From positions 160,001 through 224,000 of the forward strand of contig JAWBAK010000001.1 of assembly GCA_038997165.1 (NCBI GenBank): 64,000 nucleotides of DNA. Reading direction: 5' to 3'. How positions within the stretch are numbered: the stretch's first letter is position 1; the number at the start of each line of letters is the position of its first letter. The notes beneath the pieces were generated by a model that did no database searches, had not been told where the DNA came from, and saw only the letters and a list, made by a program, of their open reading frames with translations. The translations under genes were made by a program, and so were the position numbers. This stretch comes from Candidatus Aenigmatarchaeota archaeon. GTDB lineage: Archaea; Aenigmatarchaeota; Aenigmatarchaeia; CG10238-14; SpSt-28. This document shows positions 38,820 to 48,727 of this stretch, one piece after another.

Positions 38820-39901
38820 TCCAAAAAATCTTCGTTTTTAATTTTCTCTGGTAAATATGTTTCTGTAACAAATTTTAAACCCTTGCCTGCTAAAGATTCT
38901 AATTCTGCTTTATATTTCTTTTCTATAAATTTATTAATTTCCCTTTGCCAATGTTTCTTCTTAAACCATTCATAATTCAACAATTCATATGCCCTTTTTA
39001 TGTCAACATCTTTAGCTTTTATTGTCCAATTTTTTAATTTATAAGTTTCTATATCTGTCATTGTCAAACCTATAAACTTTGCATCCTTAGTTCCTAATCT
39101 ATCTGAAATATGAGCTAAATTTATAGAACCATATTTTATTACAGAATATATATAAAATCCATAAGGATCGGAATCTGTAAAAACATATACAGGCAAATTA
39201 AACTCTTGATTTAATCTTTGAATCAATCTTCTTGCTCCTCTAGGAGCTTGGCCTTGGGTTGTTAATAATATGCACTTATGTTTTTTCCAAAATTTATCTT
39301 CATGCAATCTTTCCCAGGCAGCGTTTTTCTCAACTACTAAAATAAATTCTGCATCAACTTTTTTAAACTCTATTGCTTCTACATTACTAGGTATTGCCCA
39401 TCCACCACTACCTAATTTACTCCAATCTATTACATCTCCCCTATCCTCTATAATTACATCACCAACTACTCTTCCTCTCGTATCTGCATTTAAGTGAAGC
39501 TGCTCTCTTAATACATTTAAAGTAACTTCTAGATCAACTATACAATTATCACTTTCATCTTGCTCATCAAAAGTATTTTCATTGCTATTTGGTAAAGTTC
39601 TTTTCATCGCATAAAAAGCTTCTCTTAAGCTCGCATGTATATTTTCTTTTAGTAATTCTTTTGCAAAACTAGCAACTAGTAAAGTTTGCATGAATTTCTT
39701 AGCTTTATGTAAATTGAAAAAATCTCTTTCAATTTTTTTATCTCCTAATTTTAAGATAAACTCTTTTTTATCAAATATTACGTTTTTTAAACTTCTTGCA
39801 GGAATAAACATCTTCGGATTTTCCCCTCTATTTATTTGTTCAAGTAAATCTTTTCCTAAACTTTCCAATTTTTCTAATACTTTTTTAATATATTCTGTCA
39901 T
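38816..39901 (-). CDS. top6A: DNA topoisomerase VI subunit A
   Basis: SLREAFY (catalytic Tyr), VVEK and TDSDPYG TOPRIM motifs. Confidence 0.96.
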   Translation of the reverse strand: MTEYIKKVLEKLESLGKDLLEQINRGENPKMFIPARSLKNVIFDKKEFILKLGDKKIERDFFNLHKAKKFMQTLLVASFAKELLKENIHASLREAFYAMKRTLPNSNENTFDEQDESDNCIVDLEVTLNVLREQLHLNADTRGRVVGDVIIEDRGDVIDWSKLGSGGWAIPSNVEAIEFKKVDAEFILVVEKNAAWERLHEDKFWKKHKCILLTTQGQAPRGARRLIQRLNQEFNLPVYVFTDSDPYGFYIYSVIKYGSINLAHISDRLGTKDAKFIGLTMTDIETYKLKNWTIKAKDVDIKRAYELLNYEWFKKKHWQREINKFIEKKYKAELESLAGKGLKFVTETYLPEKIKNEDFLD

Positions 39902-39907
39902 AATTAT

Positions 39908-41656
39908 TTAAACTTCAATTTCTATTTCTGGCAATTTTTTGTTTGCAATCTCTTCTAACTTTTTTCTTATTTCATTTTCATCATAATTTGATAGAATAGA
40001 AATGCTTCTAGCAACTTCTGGTAAATATCTTTCAAAAATATTTTTTTTAGTTTTTATTAGCTCTGCTTTTCTTTTTTTAGAAATATATAAATAAACTTTT
40101 CTTAAAGCCTCTTGAATTGACAATTCTAATTCTTTAATAATTTCTGGATATTCTGCAATTGCTTGCTTTCCTTCGCTTTTATATGGAATCCAAACAGAAA
40201 GGAAATCTATTAATATTAGCATGTTATCCGCTGGTAAATTAGAATTTCCAGATTGAATTCCATAATGATTCCAATTTATTGACATTAATACTTTTGTTAT
40301 TGCGCAGTCTCTAGCATTATAAAGTAAAGGAGTATGATTTGCAAATCTTAAAATTATTGATTGAGAAGATATTTCCTCTTCTTCTATTTTCTTTAATTCC
40401 TTTAATCCATAAGCTATAGCTACTTGAATTTGAAATGGAAAACCCCTATAAACTTTTGGCTTTCTTGTTATAGCTACATAATATTCAGCTGGATATAGTT
40501 TTTTAAGAGCATCTATTAAATACTTATTATCTATAGGACTTAAACAATCTGTTGGTGGAGCTCTAATTTTTATTTTTTGAAGTGAGTTAAATATTTTTTC
40601 TGCTTCTTGCAATGAAATTTCTTTTGGATTTTTAAACATATATTGCAGTATTTTATATGATAAGAATAATTTTCTTAATTCTTGTTCATTTAATTCGGTA
40701 ATTTTCTTGTTTTCATCTAAACCAATTTCTTCTAATGTTTTTTTTATTAAATAATCTTGCTGAAATTCTTTTTTTAAGAAATCAAAAACTTTTGATTCTT
40801 TGTTTTTAATTTCTATTTCTTCTGCTTTTAAACTTAATTTTAGAACTCTTATCACAGATATTAAACTTATTCTAGAAAATTCCTTAACTAAAAAATCTAA
40901 TAGTGTTTTTTTATCTGTTGTTTCTAACATTCTTTTAAATATTCCCAGCTCAATTCCATATGGATGTGGTTTAATTTCTTTAGGTTGTTTTGGTAATTTA
41001 TCAGTTACTCTATCTAAAATTACTTTTTCCCCATCTTTTTCGAAAACAATTTTTGTAAATGGATTAACTAACCAAATTAGTTTTAAATATTCTTCTATTT
41101 TACTAGTATATTTTCCTTCAACCTCTATTTCAATATCTAATCCATGCCAATTATCTTTGTTTTCTTCTTCACTATATTTTATAATTTTTGGTTCATTTCT
41201 GATTACATCTATCATTAACTCGAAATAATATATTTTTTTTGAATTTATAGTTGCTGTATATATTTTAGCTGGTTTTGAAGTTGTTAGTTGAGAATAAAGT
41301 ATAGCGCCTTTTGCTCCTATTCCTTGGGTTCCTATAGATTGCCTTAATCTATAAAATTTGCTTCCAACTAAAAATTTTCCTAGTGCAATTGGTAATTTTT
41401 TTGGATTAATTCCGGGGCCATTATCTATTACTCTAACTCTAAATCTATTTTCATCTAACTTTCTTAATTTTACTTCTATTGTTGGTAAAATATTTGCTTC
41501 TATACAAGCATCTATAGAATTATCTACAAATTCTTTTATTACAGTAAACAAAGATTTAGAGGGATTTTCATATCCCAAAAGATGTCTGTTTTTTTCAAAA
41601 AATTCTGCAATACTTACTTCTTTTATTTTTTCAGATATATCTAATTTTTGAGTCAT
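39908..41656 (-). CDS. top6B: DNA topoisomerase VI subunit B
   Basis: SIAEFFEKN, KEFVDNSIDA, DNGPG, G.QGIG and RFAN.TPLLY motifs. Confidence 0.96.
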   Translation of the reverse strand: MTQKLDISEKIKEVSIAEFFEKNRHLLGYENPSKSLFTVIKEFVDNSIDACIEANILPTIEVKLRKLDENRFRVRVIDNGPGINPKKLPIALGKFLVGSKFYRLRQSIGTQGIGAKGAILYSQLTTSKPAKIYTATINSKKIYYFELMIDVIRNEPKIIKYSEEENKDNWHGLDIEIEVEGKYTSKIEEYLKLIWLVNPFTKIVFEKDGEKVILDRVTDKLPKQPKEIKPHPYGIELGIFKRMLETTDKKTLLDFLVKEFSRISLISVIRVLKLSLKAEEIEIKNKESKVFDFLKKEFQQDYLIKKTLEEIGLDENKKITELNEQELRKLFLSYKILQYMFKNPKEISLQEAEKIFNSLQKIKIRAPPTDCLSPIDNKYLIDALKKLYPAEYYVAITRKPKVYRGFPFQIQVAIAYGLKELKKIEEEEISSQSIILRFANHTPLLYNARDCAITKVLMSINWNHYGIQSGNSNLPADNMLILIDFLSVWIPYKSEGKQAIAEYPEIIKELELSIQEALRKVYLYISKKRKAELIKTKKNIFERYLPEVARSISILSNYDENEIRKKLEEIANKKLPEIEIEV

Positions 41657-41691
41657 ATATATTATATGTGAACAATTAAATATTATTAATA

Positions 41692-42135
41692 CTATTGATT
41701 TTGTTTTGATAAATCCTTTTGATAAGGTAAGGGAATAATAATTTTTCCACCAATTTTTGAAATTCTATGCATTAGATCTGCAAATGTATTTATAATAGTT
41801 TGAACTGTTATTAAATCAAAATTAAATTTTTCTGGTTTAATTATTATTACACTACTTGGAGCATACATTATTGTAGCAAAAACCAAAGCATATATATTTT
41901 TTGCTAATATTTTTGCTTTTGCTGCTGCAGAATAACTTTTTTCTATATTTTTTATTTTTTTAGCTTTTAAATATTCTTCATCTATTACTATAATGTCATT
42001 AAACTCTCTTAGTTTTTTTATATGTTCTTTTAATGCATTTTCAGCAATATTTTTTTCTAAAGCAACTGCTTCAAACCACATTTCTGCCAAGATATATCCC
42101 TCTTTAATTTTGTTCTCTATTTCTTTCGCATCCAT
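41692..42135 (-). CDS. Conserved archaeal hypothetical protein
   Basis: FE...YS...Y.PSSV.I..P pattern; clean ORF. Confidence 0.6.
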   Translation of the reverse strand: MDAKEIENKIKEGYILAEMWFEAVALEKNIAENALKEHIKKLREFNDIIVIDEEYLKAKKIKNIEKSYSAAAKAKILAKNIYALVFATIMYAPSSVIIIKPEKFNFDLITVQTIINTFADLMHRISKIGGKIIIPLPYQKDLSKQNQ

Positions 42136-42151
42136 ATTATACTAAAAAAGT

Positions 42152-43078
42152 CTATAATATTAATTCAACTTTTGCTAAACAATTTGGACATCTATATGAA
42201 GTATTTAAATTTATTGTTTTGTTTTCCCTATCAACTATAACACTTTTACAATTATAACATAAAACATTTTTTTCATCATTTATATAGACAAATCTTAAAC
42301 CTGTTCTTTCTGCCAAATCTTTTAATTCTAATAGTTCGTATATATTTTCATTATTTGGATAATAAATGTGAAACGGAATGGAAGAAGAAAGATCATTAAT
42401 TATAAATTCGCTAAATTCTAATAATTTCTCTTTTTTATATTCTTCATTAATTATATTTAATATTTCCATATGAAGTTTTTGCCTATAAAGATATAAGATT
42501 GTTTTTTTTAAAGTTTTAGTATCTTCTAAGCCTATTTTTTTATAGAAATCTTCATCTAAAAAATTATAAATTCTTAACTGAACTGCAGAAAAATATTTTC
42601 TAAAAAGTTTTGAAAGAATTGGTAAAAAATATGCATTAGTTGAAAAAATGTTTATTAAACCAGCTCTAAAAGCATATTTTGCAATTTTATACATAGTTTC
42701 AAAAAAAATTATTGGTTCTTGTTGATAAAAAAACAATATTTTATAATTCTTCTGTTTTATTTCATCAATAAATTTTTCTATTTCAATTTTTTTTAACTCA
42801 TTTTCAGTTATTTCTATGCTACAAAAATTACAATTGGTGCCAATAGAATTTATAACTAAAACCTTATTAAAAGGTTTGAAATGAAGAAAATGTAAGTTTT
42901 CTATTTCATCTTCAAAATATTTTATTTTCATATAATTTGTTACTATTAAAATATCTCCTTTTCTTTTTCTAACTTTGCAAAATCCGTTAGGATTTTTTTT
43001 AGTTATTAAACATTTTTTCAAGCATAATTTACATCTTATATTTTCTTGTGCCTCTATACTCCATAAAAACGCTCTCAT
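42152..43078 (-). CDS. AmmeMemoRadiSam-type radical SAM homolog lacking an intact CxxxCxxC
   Basis: N-terminal CKLC...C...FCKVR, HFKP, EP, STNAY and C-terminal CYNC...CPNC motifs; the cluster motif reads GTNCNFC. Confidence 0.75.
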   Translation of the reverse strand: MRAFLWSIEAQENIRCKLCLKKCLITKKNPNGFCKVRKRKGDILIVTNYMKIKYFEDEIENLHFLHFKPFNKVLVINSIGTNCNFCSIEITENELKKIEIEKFIDEIKQKNYKILFFYQQEPIIFFETMYKIAKYAFRAGLINIFSTNAYFLPILSKLFRKYFSAVQLRIYNFLDEDFYKKIGLEDTKTLKKTILYLYRQKLHMEILNIINEEYKKEKLLEFSEFIINDLSSSIPFHIYYPNNENIYELLELKDLAERTGLRFVYINDEKNVLCYNCKSVIVDRENKTINLNTSYRCPNCLAKVELIL

Positions 43079-43109
43079 AATATTTAATTACTTTGTTGAA
43101 ATAAATAAT

Positions 43110-43832
43110 TCAGAAAATTTTTCTAGCAATAATTAGAAATCCTGTATGAAGTATTCCTAAAGTCTTTGGTCTAAAATAAAATTCTACTTGCCATTCTCTT
43201 ATTATATTTTCAACTATGTTTATTTGAAAATTATACTTCTTTATTTCTTCAACATTTCTAACTAAACTATTTATAGTAGGATTAAAAATTGCTAAATATG
43301 CGCCATTTTTTAATAAATTAAAAGCATGCTTAATAAATTCATTTGAATTTTCAAAATCTAAAAATATTAGATCAAATTTTAAATTTTTCACATATTTTTC
43401 ATAATTAAATATATCATCATTTATTACCTCTATATACTCTTCTAAATTAGCTTTTTTTATATTTTCTTTAGCTATAGGATAAAATCTAGGATCTTTTTCA
43501 AATGAATATATTTTACAAGGTTTTAAATACCAAGCTAATTGTATTGAGAGAAATGCATTTCCTGTACCACCTTCTAATATTAAAGAATTTTGTTTTATTC
43601 CTGTATATGCCAATAAAAGCATAGCATCTTTTGGTAAAATTGCTTGAGGTCCTCTCTTTAACTTAGATAATATGTCTAATAAATTGGGTTCACAAATAGA
43701 AAATTTTTTTCCTAAATGAGATTCTAAAATTTCTTTTCCTTCTTCTATTTTTATAATTCCGTCTTTAGTATTAATTTCTTTTATATTATCCTCTATTACA
43801 TATTTTGAATCTTTAGATAACAAAACTTTCAT
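43110..43832 (-). CDS. trmI: tRNA (adenine-N1) methyltransferase TrmI
   Basis: RGPQAILPKD, LEGGTGNA and HTGFL motifs. Confidence 0.92.
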   Translation of the reverse strand: MKVLLSKDSKYVIEDNIKEINTKDGIIKIEEGKEILESHLGKKFSICEPNLLDILSKLKRGPQAILPKDAMLLLAYTGIKQNSLILEGGTGNAFLSIQLAWYLKPCKIYSFEKDPRFYPIAKENIKKANLEEYIEVINDDIFNYEKYVKNLKFDLIFLDFENSNEFIKHAFNLLKNGAYLAIFNPTINSLVRNVEEIKKYNFQINIVENIIREWQVEFYFRPKTLGILHTGFLIIARKIF

Positions 43833-43867
43833 AATTTGTATTTAAGTAGAAAACTAAGAATTTTTTA

Positions 43868-44266
43868 TTAAACTCTTCTTCCTCTTCTAGAACCTCTTCT
43901 CATATATCCATGGGGTATTGGTGTGACATCTTCGATCATTCCAATTTTTAATCCAGCCTTAATTAACGCTCTTAATGCCGCTTGCGCTCCCATTCCTGGT
44001 AGTTTAGATTTTATTCCTCCAGGACCTCTAATTCTTACGTGTACATATGTAACTCCTTTTGATATAGCCTCTTCTGCAGCTTTTTTTGCAGCTAACATAG
44101 CAGGATATGGTTTTCCACCTTCTCTATCTTTATCTGTCATCATTCCGCTAGAATATCTGGCAAAAGTATACGTACCAGTTAAATCTGTTATATGAACTAT
44201 AGTTGAATTTTTACTACTAAATATATGTGCTACACCAATTATTCCCTTTTTATCTGTTTTTTCCAT
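43868..44266 (-). CDS. rps11: 30S ribosomal protein S11
   Basis: [10 protein letters not shown] and IEDVTPIPH motifs. Confidence 0.97.
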   Translation of the reverse strand: MEKTDKKGIIGVAHIFSSKNSTIVHITDLTGTYTFARYSSGMMTDKDREGGKPYPAMLAAKKAAEEAISKGVTYVHVRIRGPGGIKSKLPGMGAQAALRALIKAGLKIGMIEDVTPIPHGYMRRGSRRGRRV

Positions 44267-44303
44267 TAAAATTATTTTTTATTAATATTAATTTAAATTT
44301 AGT

Positions 44304-45380
44304 ATGTATAATAGTTCTTTTAATTTAAATAACAAACTAAAATCAATAAAAAATGAATTCTATAAAGATTTAAGAAAAATTAAAATTGATGGTTTCTCTA
44401 ACATTAAAGAAGTTTCAGATATTTGCTTTCAAACAACAAAAATAGCAAAAGATTTTATAAAATCTTTTCATAAAAATACTATTGTATTTCCAGGAGCAGT
44501 CAAACCCATATATAATTTTTTAAAGTATAGTTGGATTTTAAACTTACTCGCTTTTAAATCAAAATATATTAAAAATTTTGAACATATAAGATCAAATATT
44601 ATACTTTATTGTATTCTAATGAAATATTACAATAAAAATTCTTTTCATGAATTATTAAAACATCTTGAAAACAAATCAAAAAGAAAAATTAGAGAATTTA
44701 AATTTCCAATACCAAGATATGTACAACATTATAATAGTTGTGGTGTTGTTTGTATGCTAAATGCTATAAAAGTTTATTTGCCTTTCATAAAATTAAATAA
44801 AAATTTAGAAAAAGAATTGTTAAGTAGAGTAATTTACAAAGATTATCCAGGAAATTTAGCTCCATTAATAGCAAAAACTAGTAAAGAAATTTTTGGAATA
44901 GAAGCAAAGGTTTTTATTGATATGAAATCATATTTATCAAAAATAGATGAAATTAAAAATTTTACTAAAACGTTTTATTCTGGAAATATTTCAGAAATAA
45001 TTACTTTCTTTTTAGAAAAAATTAAAGAGATAGAATATGAAGAAAGAGAAAAATTTACTTTCAATGAAATAAAAAAATTGATAAATAATGGTTGCATGAT
45101 TTCTTTTGTGAAAGAAGTTAATGAAACACTTCACTATAATTTAATTTTTGGTTATAAAAATAACAAAATTCTTGTTTTTGATCCATTGGGTTTTACTTAT
45201 GAAGTTAGTAAAAATGAAATAAATAATACAATAAGAAATAGAATTAGCTTGTGGGGATGTATATTTTATTCTCCTCTTAAAAAAATATTGGAGAAAATGA
45301 ATAAAACTACGAAAAAAATAGCAACGCTTGTAAAAAATTTAGAAAATATTAATTTAAATAATTTTTCTCAAAATCTATGA
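44304..45380 (+). CDS. Peptidase C39-like (papain-fold) domain protein
   Basis: [12 protein letters not shown] (Gln, Cys), LHYNLIFGY (His) and VFDP (Asp). Confidence 0.75.
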   Translation: MYNSSFNLNNKLKSIKNEFYKDLRKIKIDGFSNIKEVSDICFQTTKIAKDFIKSFHKNTIVFPGAVKPIYNFLKYSWILNLLAFKSKYIKNFEHIRSNIILYCILMKYYNKNSFHELLKHLENKSKRKIREFKFPIPRYVQHYNSCGVVCMLNAIKVYLPFIKLNKNLEKELLSRVIYKDYPGNLAPLIAKTSKEIFGIEAKVFIDMKSYLSKIDEIKNFTKTFYSGNISEIITFFLEKIKEIEYEEREKFTFNEIKKLINNGCMISFVKEVNETLHYNLIFGYKNNKILVFDPLGFTYEVSKNEINNTIRNRISLWGCIFYSPLKKILEKMNKTTKKIATLVKNLENINLNNFSQNL

Positions 45381-45866
45381 TTTGTCACTAATAGATTTTA
45401 GACCTATCTTATTCGGATCCAATAATAAAGATATTTTATCCTCTTCTTCTTTTTTAACTAAATAAGATGGAAATGTTACTCTTCTATTATTAATTGCTAT
45501 ATGACCATGAACTATTAGTTGTCTTGCTTGTTTAATTGTATTTGCTAAACCTTTTTTATAAACTATTGTTTGTAATCTTCTTTCTAAAATATGTTCTGCA
45601 GTTAAATTTAATAAGTCATCTAGTTTTGTAGCATCTATAAAACCATACTTTCTAATTTTTTCTAAAATCTTTCTCTCTTCATCTTTATTTGGTTTTGCAA
45701 TTAATTTTCTTGCTATTCTTCTATATTTTCTCGCTATACTTTCAGCTTTCCAAACTTCTTTTTTTCTCCTTAATCCATATCTTTTCATTAATTCCTTTTC
45801 CCTTTCTATTCTGGCTTTATCCCATCTTTTTAATGGCTTTTCATATTTTCTTCTTAATCTTCTCAT
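45375..45866 (-). CDS. rps4: 30S ribosomal protein S4
   Basis: LERRLQTIV and [11 protein letters not shown] motifs. Confidence 0.97.
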   Translation of the reverse strand: MRRLRRKYEKPLKRWDKARIEREKELMKRYGLRRKKEVWKAESIARKYRRIARKLIAKPNKDEERKILEKIRKYGFIDATKLDDLLNLTAEHILERRLQTIVYKKGLANTIKQARQLIVHGHIAINNRRVTFPSYLVKKEEEDKISLLLDPNKIGLKSISDKS

Positions 45867-45874
45867 TTTTTATC

Positions 45875-46462
45875 TTATTTTTTTGATTGTTGTGCCTTCG
45901 CTTCTTTACTTCTTATAACACCAACAGTTTGACCTTTTCTAAAATGACTTCTAGTTCTTTGTCCCCTTACAGGTTGACCTAATTTATGCCTCCATCCCCT
46001 ATATGTTCCTAATTCTATTTCTCTTTTAATATCAAATTGCATTTTAATTTTTACATCATCACCAACAATATGATAATCTTTTCCATCATATATATCTTTT
46101 CTTCTATTATATAACCAACTTGGAATATTATATTTTTGTGGATTTCTAATTATATCTTCTAATATTTGAATTTGTTCTTCATTTAAATTTCCAATTAAAA
46201 ATTCTCTATCTATTCCTGTAACCTCTTTAAAGACTTTACAAACAGCGTTACCATAAGAAAAACTTACTCCCTTTATTTTCCATATAGCTCTTCTTATTGG
46301 TAGTGTACCATCAATATCTGTATCTATTAATCTAATAACGGGCCTTTCTACTTTTATCTCTTTTTCCTTTTTCTTTTTAACTTTAATTTCTTCTATTTCT
46401 TTTTTTTCCTCCTTTCTACTAATTGTTTCTTTTTCCTTTAATTTTAAAACTCTAGTTCCCAT
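45875..46462 (-). CDS. rps13: 30S ribosomal protein S13 with charged N-terminal extension
   Basis: PSWLYNRRKD and YRGWRHKLGQPVRGQRT motifs; ATG at 46462. Confidence 0.95.
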   Translation of the reverse strand: MGTRVLKLKEKETISRKEEKKEIEEIKVKKKKEKEIKVERPVIRLIDTDIDGTLPIRRAIWKIKGVSFSYGNAVCKVFKEVTGIDREFLIGNLNEEQIQILEDIIRNPQKYNIPSWLYNRRKDIYDGKDYHIVGDDVKIKMQFDIKREIELGTYRGWRHKLGQPVRGQRTRSHFRKGQTVGVIRSKEAKAQQSKK

Positions 46463-46510
46463 AATATTCTTCAAAATTTATATAAATTTGGTATATTTCT
46501 ATTAAATTTA

Positions 46511-47173
46511 ATGAAAAAAGGTGATGTAGTATACATAGATTATGTTGGAAGAATAAAAGATACTAACGAAATTTTTGATCTAACTATAGAAGAAATTGCT
46601 AAAAAAGAAGGAATATATAATCCAAATTATACTTATAAACCAATTCCTATAGTTGTTGGTTTTGGTTTTGTAATAAAAGGTTTAGATGAGGAAATTGAAA
46701 AAATGAATGAAGGAGAGGAAAAGATAGTTGAAATTCCACCAGAAAAGGCATTTGGAAAAAGAGATGAAAATTTAGTAAAAACTTTTAATCTTTCAGATTT
46801 TAAAAAACAAGATGTTGAATTAAAAGTTGGAGAATTTGTAAATATAAATGGTATTTTAGGAAAAGTTTTAAGTATAAGTGGTGGAAGAGTTATAATAGAT
46901 TTTAATCATCCTTTAGCTGGAAAAACCCTAGTTTATAATATAAAAATTTTGAAAAAAGTTGAGAATGAATTAGATAAAGTTAGAGCTGTTCTAGAGTTTT
47001 TTGTGAAAAAAGTTGAGAATTTTGAAGTTAAAGAAGATTTAGATAGCGATGCAATAATAATAGTTGATAAAGAAAAAAATTTAACTCCAGAACAAAAAAA
47101 GACCTTATTTAATATAATTTCGAAAATAATTAATAGAAAAAGAGTTATCTTTATGGATATTTTTGAAAAATAA
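46511..47173 (+). CDS. slyD: Long-type FKBP peptidyl-prolyl isomerase (SlyD-like)
   Basis: IPPEKAFG and IDFNHPLAGK motifs. Confidence 0.93.
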   Translation: MKKGDVVYIDYVGRIKDTNEIFDLTIEEIAKKEGIYNPNYTYKPIPIVVGFGFVIKGLDEEIEKMNEGEEKIVEIPPEKAFGKRDENLVKTFNLSDFKKQDVELKVGEFVNINGILGKVLSISGGRVIIDFNHPLAGKTLVYNIKILKKVENELDKVRAVLEFFVKKVENFEVKEDLDSDAIIIVDKEKNLTPEQKKTLFNIISKIINRKRVIFMDIFEK

Positions 47174-47198
47174 AAAAGATAAAAAAAGAAAATTTAGT

Positions 47199-47663
47199 TT
47201 ACCTACTTTCTGATATCTTTATTTCTTTAACTTTACTAAAAGGAATTTGACAATTACCTAAAGGTTGAACTGTTACTTTTACTATGGATTCACTTCCACT
47301 AAAATATTGATTAATATTATCTATAGTATGTTCTAAAAATCCTCCTGGAAGTAATGAAGATGTAGTATTTGTAAATAATTTAATTGTTCCTTTATTATCC
47401 TCTACCCTAATAGAAAAATTCCCTTTTAATTCTACTTTACCTGTATTTACTGCTATTATTTTAAGTTTATTGTCCTCAATATAATAATCTACATCCATTT
47501 TTGCTCCTAAACATTCTGTTATTTGTTGTTGAGTTGTTTCTACAGTTCCCGTAAGACCTCCTAGATATCCTGAAAAATAGAGATAAACACCAAGACCAAT
47601 TCCTACTGTTAAAAGAAGTATGATTATTGTTGCAACATATGCTGATATTACCTTATGTCTCAT
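47199..47663 (-). CDS. Archaeal type IV pilin-like protein
   Basis: RHKV/ISAYVATIIILLLTV N-terminus, TEC and NTG motifs shared with pilin 3310-3756. Confidence 0.75.
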   Translation of the reverse strand: MRHKVISAYVATIIILLLTVGIGLGVYLYFSGYLGGLTGTVETTQQQITECLGAKMDVDYYIEDNKLKIIAVNTGKVELKGNFSIRVEDNKGTIKLFTNTTSSLLPGGFLEHTIDNINQYFSGSESIVKVTVQPLGNCQIPFSKVKEIKISESR

Positions 47664-47666
47664 AAA

Positions 47667-48041
47667 TTATTTTATTTGTAGAAAATTTATTCTTTTAACT
47701 TTTTTAATACTTCCGCTTACTTTTAGTAATTTTAAAATACATTTTTTATTATTAATTTCGTTAATTTTTCCTAACGCAAAATAAACAAAATGTTTAGACA
47801 TATGATTGCACTTAACTACAATTGTTTTTTCTTTTTCATCAAAAGTATCTTTAATTATCTTAAACGAAAGTAAAAAACTTAATTTACCAAAAGTATTCAA
47901 AATACTATTCCAAAATTCCCTCTCAATTTCTTTATAATCTAATTTTTCTTCACAAATTATTTTAATTAATAAATATCTCTTTCTTTCTCTTAAAGTTGGT
48001 AAGAGTGCTTTTAATCTTTTAATTTTTCTATAACTTGTCAT
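47667..48041 (-). CDS. rnp2: RNase P protein Pop5/Rpp14
   Basis: LPTLRERKRY and VSGSIKK motifs; ATG at 48041 overlaps the rnp3 stop. Confidence 0.9.
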   Translation of the reverse strand: MTSYRKIKRLKALLPTLRERKRYLLIKIICEEKLDYKEIEREFWNSILNTFGKLSFLLSFKIIKDTFDEKEKTIVVKCNHMSKHFVYFALGKINEINNKKCILKLLKVSGSIKKVKRINFLQIK

Positions 48042-48727
48042 ATTAATTCTACTCCTGGCATTATCCATTTATTACTCCTTTTTTTCTTGCTTTCTATTAG
48101 TATTTTTTCTATTCTCTTCCAATTTTCTTTTATTTCATTTTCTTCGAAGCCCAAAATATACTTAAATGCCTCGAAAAACTTAAAATCTTTAACATCATAT
48201 TTTTCCTTTGCAAAGCTAGCAACAAAAAAAGCAACTTTATATTTTCTACATAATTTAGCTATTTCCAAAATTTTTTGATATTCCTTATTTTCTTCATATA
48301 AATTTTCGAATTTTAAAGAAGAAAAGTCAATAACTATTCCTGTATCATTTATTGCTGCTTTTTTAGCAAATATATGGTTAATACCAATATCATCTCTATT
48401 TTCAAATGGATTAATTAAAAAATCTGAAAAGACATTTTGAACAGCTTCTCTATTTAATTTCAAATTTCCACCTCTAACCAAAAGAATATCAAATTTTTTT
48501 CTTTTATTTACATTCATACGGATCAAATCCTTATAATTTTTTTCAGTAAAAATTAAACCGCTAAAAGTTTCTAAATTCGTATTTATCTTTTTTATCATAT
48601 TGTCGAACTCTTCAACGTTTTTTATTTTACTAAATTCCTCAACTATAATCACTTTTTTATAGTCTAATATTTCTAGTGTTTTTAATATTTCGACTATATT
48701 ATCTGAATAATAAACTATATCTATCAT
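48038..48727 (-). CDS. rnp3: RNase P protein Rpp30
   Basis: GGNLKLNREAV, GINHIFAKKAA and C-terminal PGVELI motifs. Confidence 0.88.
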   Translation of the reverse strand: MIDIVYYSDNIVEILKTLEILDYKKVIIVEEFSKIKNVEEFDNMIKKINTNLETFSGLIFTEKNYKDLIRMNVNKRKKFDILLVRGGNLKLNREAVQNVFSDFLINPFENRDDIGINHIFAKKAAINDTGIVIDFSSLKFENLYEENKEYQKILEIAKLCRKYKVAFFVASFAKEKYDVKDFKFFEAFKYILGFEENEIKENWKRIEKILIESKKKRSNKWIMPGVELI

